Positions 32,743 through 46,061 of a stretch of DNA of 64,000 nucleotides are shown one piece after another. A program made the position numbers and the translations under genes. Under the pieces are notes generated by a model. It had not been told where the DNA came from, did no database searches, and saw only the letters and a program-made list of their open reading frames with translations. The stretch is from Tubiluchus corallicola. Its lineage: Eukaryota; Animalia; Priapulida. Location of the stretch: the NCBI GenBank assembly GCA_030141605.1, contig JAQGDQ010000413.1, positions 141,283 through 205,282 on the forward strand, given 5' to 3'. Position 1 is the stretch's first letter. Every line of letters starts with the position of its first letter.

Positions 32743-33944
32743 ATATATATATATATATATATATATTGCAAATGTGATTATCTTCTACAAACAGACTAAA
32801 AGAAATCTTGCTTGTGAAAATGTAAATAAATACCTTTTAAAGGGAAATTTTGATATTATGGCTGCTATATTAGTCTAAATGATAGCGGTTGTGGGTTTTC
32901 GTAATCAAAATTCAGCACAACGATGTATGGTCGCTCAACTTTATGGAAGAAAAATGCTTTTGCTGTTTCTGATAACTCAGTACGATATTACGCTGCACAG
33001 ATCAATCAAAAATACTGATACTTCTGCTAAATTAAAGACACGACAATTTTAATTGATCGCTAGAGGGTAAACTTTTCTTGCCGTCTGAACCTAGGGTTAC
33101 GTCGCCTGTTGAAAACTCATCGCTTTAACACTTTCGTCACGGTGATGGAAGAAATTATTGATGACATTTCTCAGGCCTCGCGGCGACGCTCGGCAAAATA
33201 CGAAAATATACAGAATTTTAGATCAGCGAGCGGCATGTTGGGCTTAAATATTAGATGTTGCTACACGTGTATTGCATGCTGTCTGTTGCTGTCTGTTGTC
33301 TGAGTTCTGACAAGCTGGCTGCTGGCACTGTTCTTGAGAAATGCAATTGAAATGCTAAAAATTTTCAAACACCTGGATGGTTGTGTAAAGATGATGAATG
33401 GACACTGTTAAATTTTTAGTTCAAAGGAATAAGAGAGAATTTTTCGAAAAGGCAACAGTAGTAGGGCCACGTAAGAGCATCAATGTTGAAACTGTTTAGG
33501 ATTCAATCGTGTTTATTTTCTACAGCAAGTTTGCTCTTTCATACAGATCTTAGTTACAATGTTTCCCCACATATGGCAATCAACGGCTATAGAAATTTTC
33601 ATAAATAATCGATGTTTTAAGCTAAGCTTACAACTTTAATTGTTTATGTACAAACACAGCACACAAATCATGAAACACTTGACCACAATATATATTATAA
33701 TTAACTTATTAACACATTTTAATCGAGAAATCTGCTAATACAAGAATAATACATGGAATATTTTAATAATAACAGGCCGGCCTAGGATTCTCTTTCTGTT
33801 TTTTCTTAAAGCTTTTAAGATCAAGTTTATTTTTGCTTCAACACAACACATTTACATAATACATGTACATGTATTAGCAAACAAGATATTATTAGAAACT
33901 AAGAGTCCTAGTAGTTTTTCCTTATTAATATTATCATTATTGTT

Positions 33945-34354
<410 letters not shown>

Positions 34355-35461
34355 CATAATGATTTAAATTGAAGTTCTCAGCATACCACTGTGTCGCATA
34401 TCACTTTGAAAGCAGGGCTTGCTTGGGTGATTTGTCAGTAAAAAGAGAAATGATTAAGAAAGTTTTAATAAGGAGAGGTTAGACAGTGGTCACTATGATA
34501 GAGTAATGACCGAAGATTAAAGGTATAGGTAGAGCCTACAGATATATATTCACACTTAATTCCAAAGAAATGTTATTGTGCAAATATGGATAACCGGTTT
34601 TAAAATATAGACGCTATAAGGCCTATAAAATGCTATTTCAGAAACATTTCCTTAAAACCTAAAACCAAGCGTTTGCTAATCTACATTAAATACTGTCCGC
34701 ACGCAGAACAATACTGCAATAGCAGCAGTAGCTCTTAAGATCAGTAATTTCCATAGTAATTTAACATTAAGAAGCGTTCACACTAGCACAAGATTAACAG
34801 TGTTCACACTGGTTTTTGTTACGCCTCTGGTATGGATGACACAAAGTGCCGACGATTGTAACCACATCCCGTTTAGATCTTTTGGCTGGCTAATGTAGCG
34901 AGAGAAATTCTAATTATTTCTATCCGGTTGCACAAATTCTGCCCGAGACGCTTATTAATGAATGCTGTTGGTGCCCCCTAATACCGGAAATCCAAAATAA
35001 GAGGCGCCTCCAAAGAGAATTCTTAAAAATCGTAACTGTAGCTAAAGTATGTAGGACAATGTGACCAGTTTTTACAATTTATTTTAAATACTAAAAAGTG
35101 GCAGTTGCTGTAGTAGAGATTATTATTATTAAAAAAGGCAGTTTTAGCTTGTTTCTCAAAAAAAAAAGAAATTATAAGTGTCTGACTTTTGTTTGATTGG
35201 CCAGAATTTTTAAAGTGTGCACACCAAAAATTTGTGTTTAAACTGTTATATATTAGAACAAGTACTTGAAATAGTTAATAAACGTACTGGTAATATATTA
35301 TTAGCGTTAGATCACTATTTCTTGGTATTTCACTTCATTATTTTCTTCTCTTCTATTTTCTTTTTCACTATTTTCTATTTTCTTCTTTCATTATCACTTC
35401 TCTTGGTGCATCACTGTTTCACTTCATTTGGTGATCAAAAATTAAAATGAATTTAATTTAC

Positions 35462-35965
35462 GAAAAAATTAAACTTAAGTGCAATGTGACGTCATTAGTT
35501 AACCTGTTTTATGAAAAAATTAAACTCAAGTGCAATGTGACGTCATTAGTTAACCTGTTTTATGAAAAAATTAAACTCAAGTGCAATGTGGCGTCATTAG
35601 TTAGCCTGTTTTATGAAAAAAATAAACTTAAGTGCAATGTGACGTCATTAGTTAGCCTGTTTTATGAAAAAATTAAACTTAAGTGCAATGTGACGTCATT
35701 AGTTAGCCTGTTTTATGAAAAAATTAAACTTAAGTGCAATGTGACGTCATTAGTTAGCCTGTTCTATAAAAAAATTAAACTTAAGTGCAATGTGACGTCA
35801 TTAGTTAGCCTGTTTTATGAAAAAATTAAACTTAGGTGCAATGTGACGTCATTAGTTAGCCTGTTCTATGAAAAAATTAAACTTAAGTGCAATGTGACGT
35901 CATTAGTTAGCCTGTTTTATGAAAAATTTAAGCTTAAGTGAAATATGACGTCATTAGTTATCCTG
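35462..35965. repeat. 51-bp tandem repeat, ~10 copies, each with a CRE-type palindrome
   Basis: Unit GAAAAAATTAAACTTAAGTGCAATGTGACGTCATTAGTTAGCCTGTTTTAT. Confidence 0.96.
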
Positions 35966-36429
35966 TACAAAAACCTTAATTCAAAAACCTTAATTTGGTT
36001 ATCTAACTTGCAACGTTTCCTCAAAATGACTACGTCAGCACTATCAGTCAACTTTATTGTAATACACAAGTAAATATGAATTAATTATATTAACCCGCGC
36101 TAATTAAAACTGTCTTTATTCAGTGAAAACCTCCTGGCGATGCATTGATATTTTAACTGCACATTAGCAACGCAATGTTTAATTTACCGTTAAAGTGAAA
36201 AAGTGAAAATTGTCAATTTGCCACTTGACTTGAGCTGCATTTTTAATGCTAAACATTAAAAACGTGGTCGAAATGATTTCAGCAGCTGAAATTGTAGTCA
36301 ATACGTTGCTGCCGATAAAAATTGTGAAATTTCTTTCTGCTCTTGCTGGTGCCGCGTTTCTGTTCTGCTCATGAGCTGAGTTAGTTAATTAGAAACGTGG
36401 GGAATTTAATTTTAAGACTAGTGTGGTTA

Positions 36430-36454
36430 TCACTGTCACTGTTGCTGCTGCTGC

Positions 36455-36491
<37 letters not shown>

Positions 36492-37215
36492 GCTGTTGTT
36501 GTTGTTTGTCGTTGCTGTTGTTGTTGTTGTTGTTGCTGTTGTTATTGTTGTTGCTGCTGTTGCTGTTGTTGTTGTTGTTTGTTGTTGCTTTTGTTGTTGT
36601 TTTTGCTGCTGCTGCTGTTGCTGTGTTGTTGTTTGCTGCTGCTGCTGTTGTTGTTGTTGCTGTTGCTGCTGTTGTTGTTGTTGTTTGTTGTTGTTGTTGT
36701 TGTTGCTGCTGCTGCTGCTGTTGTTGTTGTTGTTGCTGTCGTCGTCGTCGTCGTCGTCGTCGTCACTGTTCATCATCATTAATAAATTCAATAAATTTTT
36801 GTTCTTGTCACTGTTGTCATTGCCGTTGTTGCTGTTAATGAAGTTGTCGTCGTCGTCGTCATCTGTCTTGCTGCTCTTGTGGTGTCCTTGGTGTTATAGC
36901 CATTGTTGCTGCTGTTACTACTTGTGGTGTTGTTGTAACTAATAGCGTTGTTGTTGGCATTGTTGTCATTACTGCCGCTCATAAGTTTTACTTGTTGTTG
37001 TTGTTGTTGTTGCTGTTGCTGTTGCTATTGTTGTAGCTGTAGTTGCTGTCATTGTTGTTGTTGATGCTGCTGCTGCTGGTGTTGCTGTTGTTGTTGTTGT
37101 TGCTGTTGTTATTGTTGTTGCTGTTGCTGTTGTTGTTGTTGTTGCTGCTGCTGCTGTTGTTGCTGTTGTTGTTTGTTGTTGCTTTTGTTGTTGTTTTTGC
37201 TGCTGCTGCTGCTGC

Positions 37216-37258
<43 letters not shown>

Positions 37259-38040
37259 GCTGTTGTTATTGTTGTTGCTGCTGTTGCTGTTGTTGTTGTT
37301 GTTTGTTGTTGCTTTTGTTGTTGTTTTTGCTGCTGCTGCTGTTGCTGTTGCTGTTGCTGTTGTTGTTGTTGTTGTTGTTGCTGCTGCTGCTGCTGTTGTT
37401 GTTGTTGTTTGTTGTTGCTTTTGTTGTTGTTTTTGCTGCTGCTGCTGCTGTTGTTGTTGTTGTTGCTGTCGTCGTCGTCGTCGTCGTCGTCACTGTTCAT
37501 CATCATTAATAAATTCAATAAATTTTTGTTCTTGTCACTGTTGTCATTGCCGTTGTTGCTGTTAATGAAGTTGTCGTCGTCGTCGTCATCTGTCTTGCTG
37601 CTCTTGTGGTGTCCTTGGTGTTATAGCCATTGTTGCTGCTGTTACTACTTGTGGTGTTGTTGTAACTAATAGCGTTGTTGTTGGCATTGTTGTCATTACT
37701 GCCGCTCATAAGTTTTACTTGTTGTTGTTGTTGTTGCTGTTGCTGTTGCTATTGTTGTAGCTGTAGTTGCTGTCATTGTTGTTGTTGATGCTGCTGCTGC
37801 TGGTGTTGTTGTTGTTGTTGCTGCTGCTGCTTGCTGCTGTTGTTATTGTTGTTGTTGTTGCTGCTGCTGTTGTTGTTATTGTTGTTGCTGTTCCTGTTAT
37901 TATTGTTGTTGTTGTTGTTGCTGCTGCTGCCGCTGCCATTATTGTTGCTGTTGTTGTTGTTATTGTTGTTGTTGCTGCTGCTGGAGCTGTTGTTGTTGTT
38001 AGTACTGTTACGACTGTGTTGCTCATACTTGTTAATCTTG
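36430..38040. repeat. (GTT/GCT)n-rich region containing a 727-bp-period tandem duplication of a ~230-bp cassette
   Basis: Cassette at 36764-36990 is repeated at 37491-37717. Confidence 0.92.
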
Positions 38041-38520
38041 TTGCTGTGGGCACAGCGGCCGTTGCTGTTATCGTTGGTTCTGCTGCTGGTTTTTGTTACC
38101 GTTTTCGTCATGTTCTATTGACATCTATCAAACATTTTAAAACGAGAAACGTTATTTGACAAGCTTTGAATGCAACTTGTGATTTTTAACTACGAACTAG
38201 GCAGGCATCGTAACAGTCTAAATATTTGATATACGGTAATGAATGGGCGCGCACGTGGACAACTTATTTGTCTTGTCATTCGACCCACACCAATCAATTG
38301 CCATGCCATACAGTGGCGCATGAATAAATTTGTTTGTCCAAATTAAATACGTCCTATAGGAAATGAGAGAGATGTTGGTACAGATTTAACATGGAGTCAC
38401 TGCTTTATATGGAAAGCGATTGTACCAGATGTAGTTTTGTGGCCACAACGCAAGACAACGTTCAGAGCTGTTTGAAGCTTATATTATATGTCATATCAAT
38501 TTGTTATAGCTGTGAAAATC

Positions 38521-41033
38521 TGTGTATTATTTTGATTTGTATGCTTGTAGAGTCTGCAAAACTCAATAAAACACTTCTATTTTAAGTACGAGATGTTTTA
38601 GATTTGTGTATTATTTTGATTTGTATGCTTGTAGAGTCTGCAAAACACAATAAAACACTTCTATTTTAAGTACGAGATGTTTTAGATTTGTGTATTATTT
38701 TGATTTGTATACTTGTAGTGTCTGCAAAACTCAATAAAGCACTTCTATTTTAAGTACGAGATGTTTTAGATTTGTGTATTATTTTGACTTGTATGCATGT
38801 AGAGTCTGCAAAACTCAATAAAGCAGTTCTATTTTAAGTACGAGATGTTTTAGATTTGTGTATTATTTTGATTTGTATGCTTGTAGAGTCTGCAAAACTC
38901 AATAAAACACTTCTATTTTAAATACGAGATGTTTTAGATTTGTGTATTATTTTGATTTGTATGCTTGTAGAGTCTGCAAAACTCAATAAAACACTTCTAT
39001 TTTAAGTACGAGATGTTTTAGATTTGTGTATTATTTTGATTTGTATGCTTGTAGAGTCTGCAAAACTCAATAAAACACTTCTATTTTAAGTACGAGATGT
39101 TTTAGATTTGTGTATTATTTTGATTTGTATGCTTGTATAGTCTGCAAAACTCAATAAAACACTTCTATTTTAAGTACGAGATGTTTTAGATTTGTGTATT
39201 ATTTTGATTTGTATGCTTGTATAGTCTGCAAAACTCAATAAAACACTTCTATTTTAAGTACGAGATGTTTTAGATTTGTGTATTATTTTGATTTGTATGC
39301 TTGTATAGTCTGCAAAACTCAATAAAACACTTCTATTTTAAATACGAGATGTTTTAGATTTGTGTATTATTTTGATTTGTATGCTTGTAGAGTCTGCAAA
39401 ACTCAATAAAACACTTCTATTTTAAGTACGAGATGTTTTAGATTTGTGTATTATTTTGATTTGTATGCTTGTATAGTCTGCAAAACTCAATAAAGCACTT
39501 CTATTTTAAGTACGAGATGTTTTAGATTTGTGTATTATTTTGATTTGTATGCTTGTAGAGTCTGCAAAACTCAATAAAACACTTCTATTTTAAGTACGAG
39601 ATGTTTTAGATTTGTGTATTATTTTGATTTGTATGCTTGTAGAGTCTGCAAAACTCAATAAAACACTTCTATTTTAAGTACGAGATGTTTTAGATTTGTG
39701 TATTATTTTGATTTGTATGCTTGTAGAGTCTGCAAAACTCAATAAAACACTTCTATTTTAAATACGAGATGTTTTAGATTTGTGTATTATTTTGATTTGT
39801 ATGCTTGTAGAGTCTGCAAAACTCAATAAAACACTTCTATTTTAAGTACGAGATGTTTTAGATTTGTGTATTATTTTGATTTGTATGCTTGTATAGTCTG
39901 CAAAACTCAATAAAGCACTTCTATTTTAAGTACGAGGTGTTTTAGATTTGTGTATTATTTTGATTTGTATGCTTGTATAGTCTGCAAAACTCAATAAAAC
40001 ACTTCTATTTTAAGTACGAGATGTTTTAGATTTGTGTATTATTTTGATTTGTATGCTTGTAGAGTCTGCAAAACTCAATAAAACACTTCTATTTTAAGTA
40101 CGAGATGTTTTAGATTTGTGTATTATTTTGATTTGTATGCTTGCAGAGTCTGCAAAACTCAATAAAGCACTTCTATTTTAAATACGAGATGTTTTAGATT
40201 TGTGTATTATTTTGATTTGTATGCTTGTATAGTCTGCAAAACTCAATAAAACACTTCTATTTTAAGTACGAGATGTTTTAGATTTGTGTATTATTTTGAT
40301 TTGTATGCTTGTATAGTCTGCAAAACTCTAAAACACTTCTATTTTAAGTACGAGATGTTTTAGATTTGTGTATTATTTTGATTTGTATGCTTGTATAGTC
40401 TGCAAAACTCAATAAACACTTCTATTTTAAGTACGAGATGTTTTAGATTTGTGTATTATTTGATTTGTATGCTTGTAGAGTCAGCAAAACTCAATAAAAC
40501 ACTTCTATTTTAAATACGAGATGTTTTAGATTTGTGTATTATTTTGATTTGTATGCTTGTATAGTCTGCAAAACTCAATAAAACACTTCTATTTTAAATA
40601 CGAGATGTTTTAGATTTGTGTATTATTTTGATTTGTATGCTTGTATAGTCTGCAAAACTCAATAAAACACTTCTATTTTAAGTACGAGATGTTTTAGATT
40701 TGTGTATTATTTTGATTTGTATGCTTGTAGAGTCAGCAAAACTCAATAAAACACTTCTATTTTAAGTACGAGATGTTTTAGATTTGTGTATTATTTTGAT
40801 TTGTATGCTTGTATAGTCTGCAAAACTCAATAAAACACTTCTATTTTAAGTACGAGATGTTTTAGATTTGTGTATTATTTTGATTTGTATGCTTGCAGAG
40901 TCTGCAAAACTCAATAAAGCACTTCTATTTTAAATACGAGATGTTTTAGATTTGTGTATTATTTTGATTTGTATGCTTGTAGAGTCTGCAAAACTCAATA
41001 AAACACTTCTATTTTAAGTACGAGATGTTTTAG
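38521..41033. repeat. 84-bp satellite array, ~30 copies
   Basis: Period 84 (38521, 38605 and onward); unit TGTGTATTATTTTGATTTGTATGCTTGTAGAGTCTGCAAAACTCAATAAAACACTTCTATTTTAAGTACGAGATGTTTTAGATT. Confidence 0.98.
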
Positions 41034-41284
41034 CAGATTGAAAAAGTCATAATTACTTATTTTTTTAAGTTGAATTGTTGTTAACCGCCCGACCTGTAGT
41101 TCGCTACCCTTTCGGTTCATTAATCTTCACAGGCTACAGTTTATTTTATTTTTTCACTTTAGTTACTCTAGATGTTTTTGACCAAGTATTTTGTAGTTGA
41201 AATTTACAGCTTTAAATCATATAAACGGAATAGCTAGGTCGATAGTGGCGGTTTGCTGAGCATGTGAAGTAACGTGCGAACGTA

Positions 41285-42140
41285 CAGCTTCAGTGTGAGT
41301 AGGACAAAGTAAAAACAAACCAATTTTCCATGAATAGCGGAAAATAAACAATGTCGAGGTGGAGTAAGACGAAAATAAGTAGACCTTAAGTGTTGCATGA
41401 TAAAACGAAAATAAACTGCTTCAGTGTGAATAGGGCAAAGTAAAAACAAACCAATTTTCCAATGTCGAGGAAAATAAACAATGTCGAGGTTAAACCGAAA
41501 TTAAACTGCTTCAGTGTGAGCAAACATTTTTTAAAATAAATTTGAGGTATTAACAGGTTAAAGTAATCAACTGTCTTCGTGTGACAATAAGATATAATGC
41601 AATTAAACTACTATTACATAAAATTTATAGTGAAATGTGAATAAACTAATTTAGAATAAGTAGAGAAAAACAAAATAAGGTGCTTCGACGTAAAAAGGGT
41701 AAAAATGAAAATAACTACTTTAATGTTGTTAAGGCAAAACTAGAATAACCTAGTTTGGTATGAGTTGACTAAAATAAGCGACTTTAGAGGGTTTAGTCAC
41801 TTCCGCTTGTGAATGAGGAAATAAGTTGGTTGAGTGTAGCCTAAGTATGGGAGAGCGAAAAAAACTGCTTTAGTGTGACTAAACTAAAATGAAATTAAAT
41901 GGCTTTAGTGTGAGTAATTTGAAAAATGAGTAACCTGCTCCAGTGTGAGTAGTATGGTAAACCAAGAACAATCTGCCTCAGTGTGAGTATGGTAAACCTA
42001 GAACAACCTGCTTCAGTGTGAGTATGGTAAACCAAGAACAACAACCTGCTTTAAGTGCGAGCATGATAAACCAAGAACAACCTGCTTCAGTGTGAGTAGT
42101 ATGGTAAACCAAGAACTACCTATTTCAGTGTGAGTAGGAT
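41285..42140. repeat. Degenerate old minisatellite (CTGCTTCAGTGTGAGTA...AAACCAAGAAC, ~35-40 bp)
   Basis: Core recurs at about 41288, 41416, 41507 and 41935-42135. Confidence 0.7.
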
Positions 42141-42763
42141 ACACTACAGATGAACTGTTTAATACAAGCTGGAAAGTGAACTGCTTTAGCGTGAATAGTA
42201 ACGGCGCAAGCTGTTCCAGTAATAACTGATGGTTTCCATTTCGCGGGTCTGCTTGCAGACATTTTGTCCATTTCAGCAAAGCAAACACGAAGTTCAGAAT
42301 GTTATTGTTAATCACTGATGACCTGGTGACAGTTCCATCAGTTCACACGTGTCATTCTATGCATGTAAATCAACTTGATTTCTACCAATTTCCGCTGGTT
42401 GGCAAAACAAACTCAAGCAACTCGATGATAACCAGAAAGGTGCAATTTCATCTTCGAGGAGAGAGAGAGTCAATCAAGCTTGAGTAATCGACATATGGAC
42501 AACTGAGTCGAGGAGACTGTTTAGCCACCGCTTGCCCTGTCATGTGACACATCTGCTGTAGAAGTTTTATTTGTAACCTTTCCAGCGCGGAATAATATCT
42601 AACAAAATAGAATTCCTAAACTCATTCAATGGTCGCCAAGGAGGTGGGTCCGTTCAATGTGATAATTTAATCATTTGTATGCCAGAGATGCCACTTCGAT
42701 GCTAAAATTATTTTGGATGTGTTCAGACATCAGTAGAGTTCTGAGATATAGATGAAAGGCAAA

Positions 42764-42770
42764 TAACAGC

Positions 42771-42834
<64 letters not shown>

Positions 42835-42990
42835 GCAACAGCAACAACAACAACAAGTAAAACTTATGAGCGGCAGTAACGACACCAATGACAACAACAA
42901 CGCTATTAGTTACAACAACACCAATAGTAGTAACAGCAGCAACAATGGCTATAACACCAAGGACACCACAAGAGCAGCAAGGTAGATGAC
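42764..42990 (-). repeat. Inverted copy of the 36858-37000 cassette with (CAA)n
   Basis: AAGTAAAACTTATGAGCGGCAGTAA...CCAAGGACACCACAAGAGCAGCAAG is the reverse complement of the cassette. Confidence 0.9.
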
Positions 42991-43654
42991 AAATGTTCCA
43001 CTACTAGTATAAAAGGCATACTGCTACATCATATGTTTCGGAAAAGAAATTGCAAAGCCAAAAACTGTCACGTATGACGCTAGTGTATATTACACGAAAC
43101 GTTTGCAAACTACAGTAAATTCAGCATGTTATTATACGTGGCCATTTTGGCTTTGCATTTCAGATCTTATTGAGATTCTCCATGTATGAATTTGCTTCTG
43201 AAAAGTTTACTGATGAGCTACGCCTGGTAAACTGACTTTAAAATACTTTATAGTGCGCTGTAGCAACTCCTTTCACACACACGTAAATTATGCTTAAAAT
43301 TACGAGATTTCGGATATGTATAAAAGCTAAATTGCTCGTAATTGAAATAAGGTCGCATTATATATATTGATTATTTCTATCTGCAGTCACCATAACAAAT
43401 TCACACGTCTATTTTGCAATTGTTGAAAATCACAAGGCGACATCTCGTGTGAAAACAAACAATTACTATTGTTTTTACACGCGTGCTAATTTTAGAATTT
43501 TAAATGCACAAGTTTACAAGCTTAATAACAATCAAACGTAAAATGAATTATTGCATTAACTATTTATATTTGTACCTGTTTGTTGTATGTCACCATAGAG
43601 CACATCAAAGTTTCAAACAGAAAGAAGCAAAATATTCTAGTGGTAAATATTCTT

Positions 43655-44015
<361 letters not shown>

Positions 44016-44299
44016 ATTCGCAAGTAGTTTATCTATACTGTCAGCTGCAGGGCGAGTAAAAACGGCAGTAACGACAGCTAATAAACTAAAGCTAAGACCT
44101 CAGCGAAGTCTAAAAAGCTGTTAGAAACTGTTATGCATAACTCAAAACAAATAACAAAAACAAACAAAGAAAAAAAGAAACGGAATTAAAAGTAAATTCT
44201 CGGAAACTGGAACTGTTGGAAAATAAACGTCAAATTCGTTCCAGAAATAACAAAATTTCATTGGAGAATGTCGTTTACTGATGTTTTTATAAGGTGGTA

Positions 44300-44795
44300 A
44301 CCTAGCCACTGGGGGGGGGGGGGTGCAAGCCAGCCCAACTCAGTGCCGGTCCCAAGCCCGGATAAATAGGGATGGTTAGGGTCAGGAAGGACATCCGCCT
44401 GTAAAAACTGCGCCAAAACCTTCTATGAATGAGTCGGTGAGGCTTGAAGGTAAAGTCCGCAAAGAAGTGGTCAGACCCGCTCTAATCTATGGGCTGGAAG
44501 GAGCTTCTCTAAAGAAGACCGAAGAGAAGAAAATGGGTGTGGTGGAGATGAGGATGTTGAGATGGATGGTGGGAATAACAAGAAAAGATAAAATTAGAAA
44601 TAATAATATCAGAGGAACAGTAAAAGTAGTGGAAGCCTCGCAAGATTGCTATGGTATGGACACCTGAAAAGAAGAGTCGGTGAAGATCATGTGGGAAGGG
44701 AAGACATAAATGAAGAGATGGTCAACAACAGGAATGCGTGGAGAAGACTCGTTCGCAACAGCGACCCCGAATAGGGAAAAGCCGGGAAGAAGAAG

Positions 44796-44825
<30 letters not shown>
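44300..44825 (+). mobile_element. Bipartite non-autonomous RTE-clade retroposon, copy 2, with (GAA)n tail
   Basis: Colinear with 17051-17538; RT remnant 44425-44667; no clear TSD. Confidence 0.88.
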
Positions 44826-44828
<3 letters not shown>

Positions 44829-46061
44829 TAATTAGCCATATCATTAGCAGTAAGTTTTCATTTGATGGAAAAAAGCAAGTTAGTATTAAACTTATTATAA
44901 CTATAAAGTACACCAAGGCGTACACGTAGCCTACAGGTCTATTTAAGACTTTACGGCTGATAAATTTCGTTTCATATAAAACACTTTTAGGTTATAAGGT
45001 TGGTTAGTGTCGTTTATCACATAATTATATACAATAACATTGTTAGTTGATTGTTTACAAATAACAACCTAGATTAAATCACGTTAAATTCGCTTTTGGG
45101 CATACCCCATTTTACACTTTAACTCACAACACGAACATATCATCGTAAATCAATTGTTCATTAGAGAAGACATAAATCACGTTTCGAGTCTGACTGGGTG
45201 TCCGTCTGTTCGTCTGCCGGAATGAGAAACAATACGGACAGCTATAAACAAAGTGTATTGTACGACTTTGCACATATTCAACTCATGTTAATTGCAGTTT
45301 GACACATGTCAACGTGGAGGTGCCATAAATTACCTGCTGATGATCGTTAAGACTCGTTGATACACCTGGGCGGTCAGACTACTGAATTTAGTTGCTCGTC
45401 AAACTGTCTACATGAAGTGACTTGTCATTCGATGCATGATTCTCCCTCAAGACTTTTTCAAACTCGTTTCAGATTTTTCCAACGGTAGACCAGCCAGGTA
45501 GAGAGGTGATAAAAGCCAAGGTAACAATGATAACTTCAGAAAGTGCAAGAAATTGTTTTCAACAAAAGCATAGTCATCTTATTTCAAGAACATTACTATT
45601 AGTATGATAATGATTTTGTTCAGGGACTAAACCGATTAAAATAAATCATAAGTAGCCAAAAAGCTAATGAATGATAATTACCCAATGAATTTCAAATCTT
45701 AATATTTCAAAAACTAAAAAAGTTATAAATCGAAGTAATCAAAGTATTAAACGACATGAAAGAAAACTTGTACATTAAAATTGTAAATAACGTGAATAGT
45801 GTATTCACAACATTTTGCTGTAATTTTGTAATGACTAAAAGAGGAGTTTTTGTGTACCTAAGTGTTAGAAAAATAAGCATCAGTTTGTTTGAAACGCCAT
45901 GTAAAACAGACTAAAACAAGTAAAAAAATGCTTATACAATCTTTATCAGATGGTGACGTCAAATTATATATTTTGGTGTACGAAATGTTTTGCTTTTTTT
46001 TATTCTAGGCCACTTTCCAAATTGAGCGCCGCTACGCGTTTCTTGAGTATTCTCAGATATA

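Noticed and set aside
38521-41033. Tandem arrays (also 63, 51, 91 bp and the anchor/pentamer array) as CRISPR arrays
   Set aside because: No unique spacers, no cas genes, eukaryotic context.
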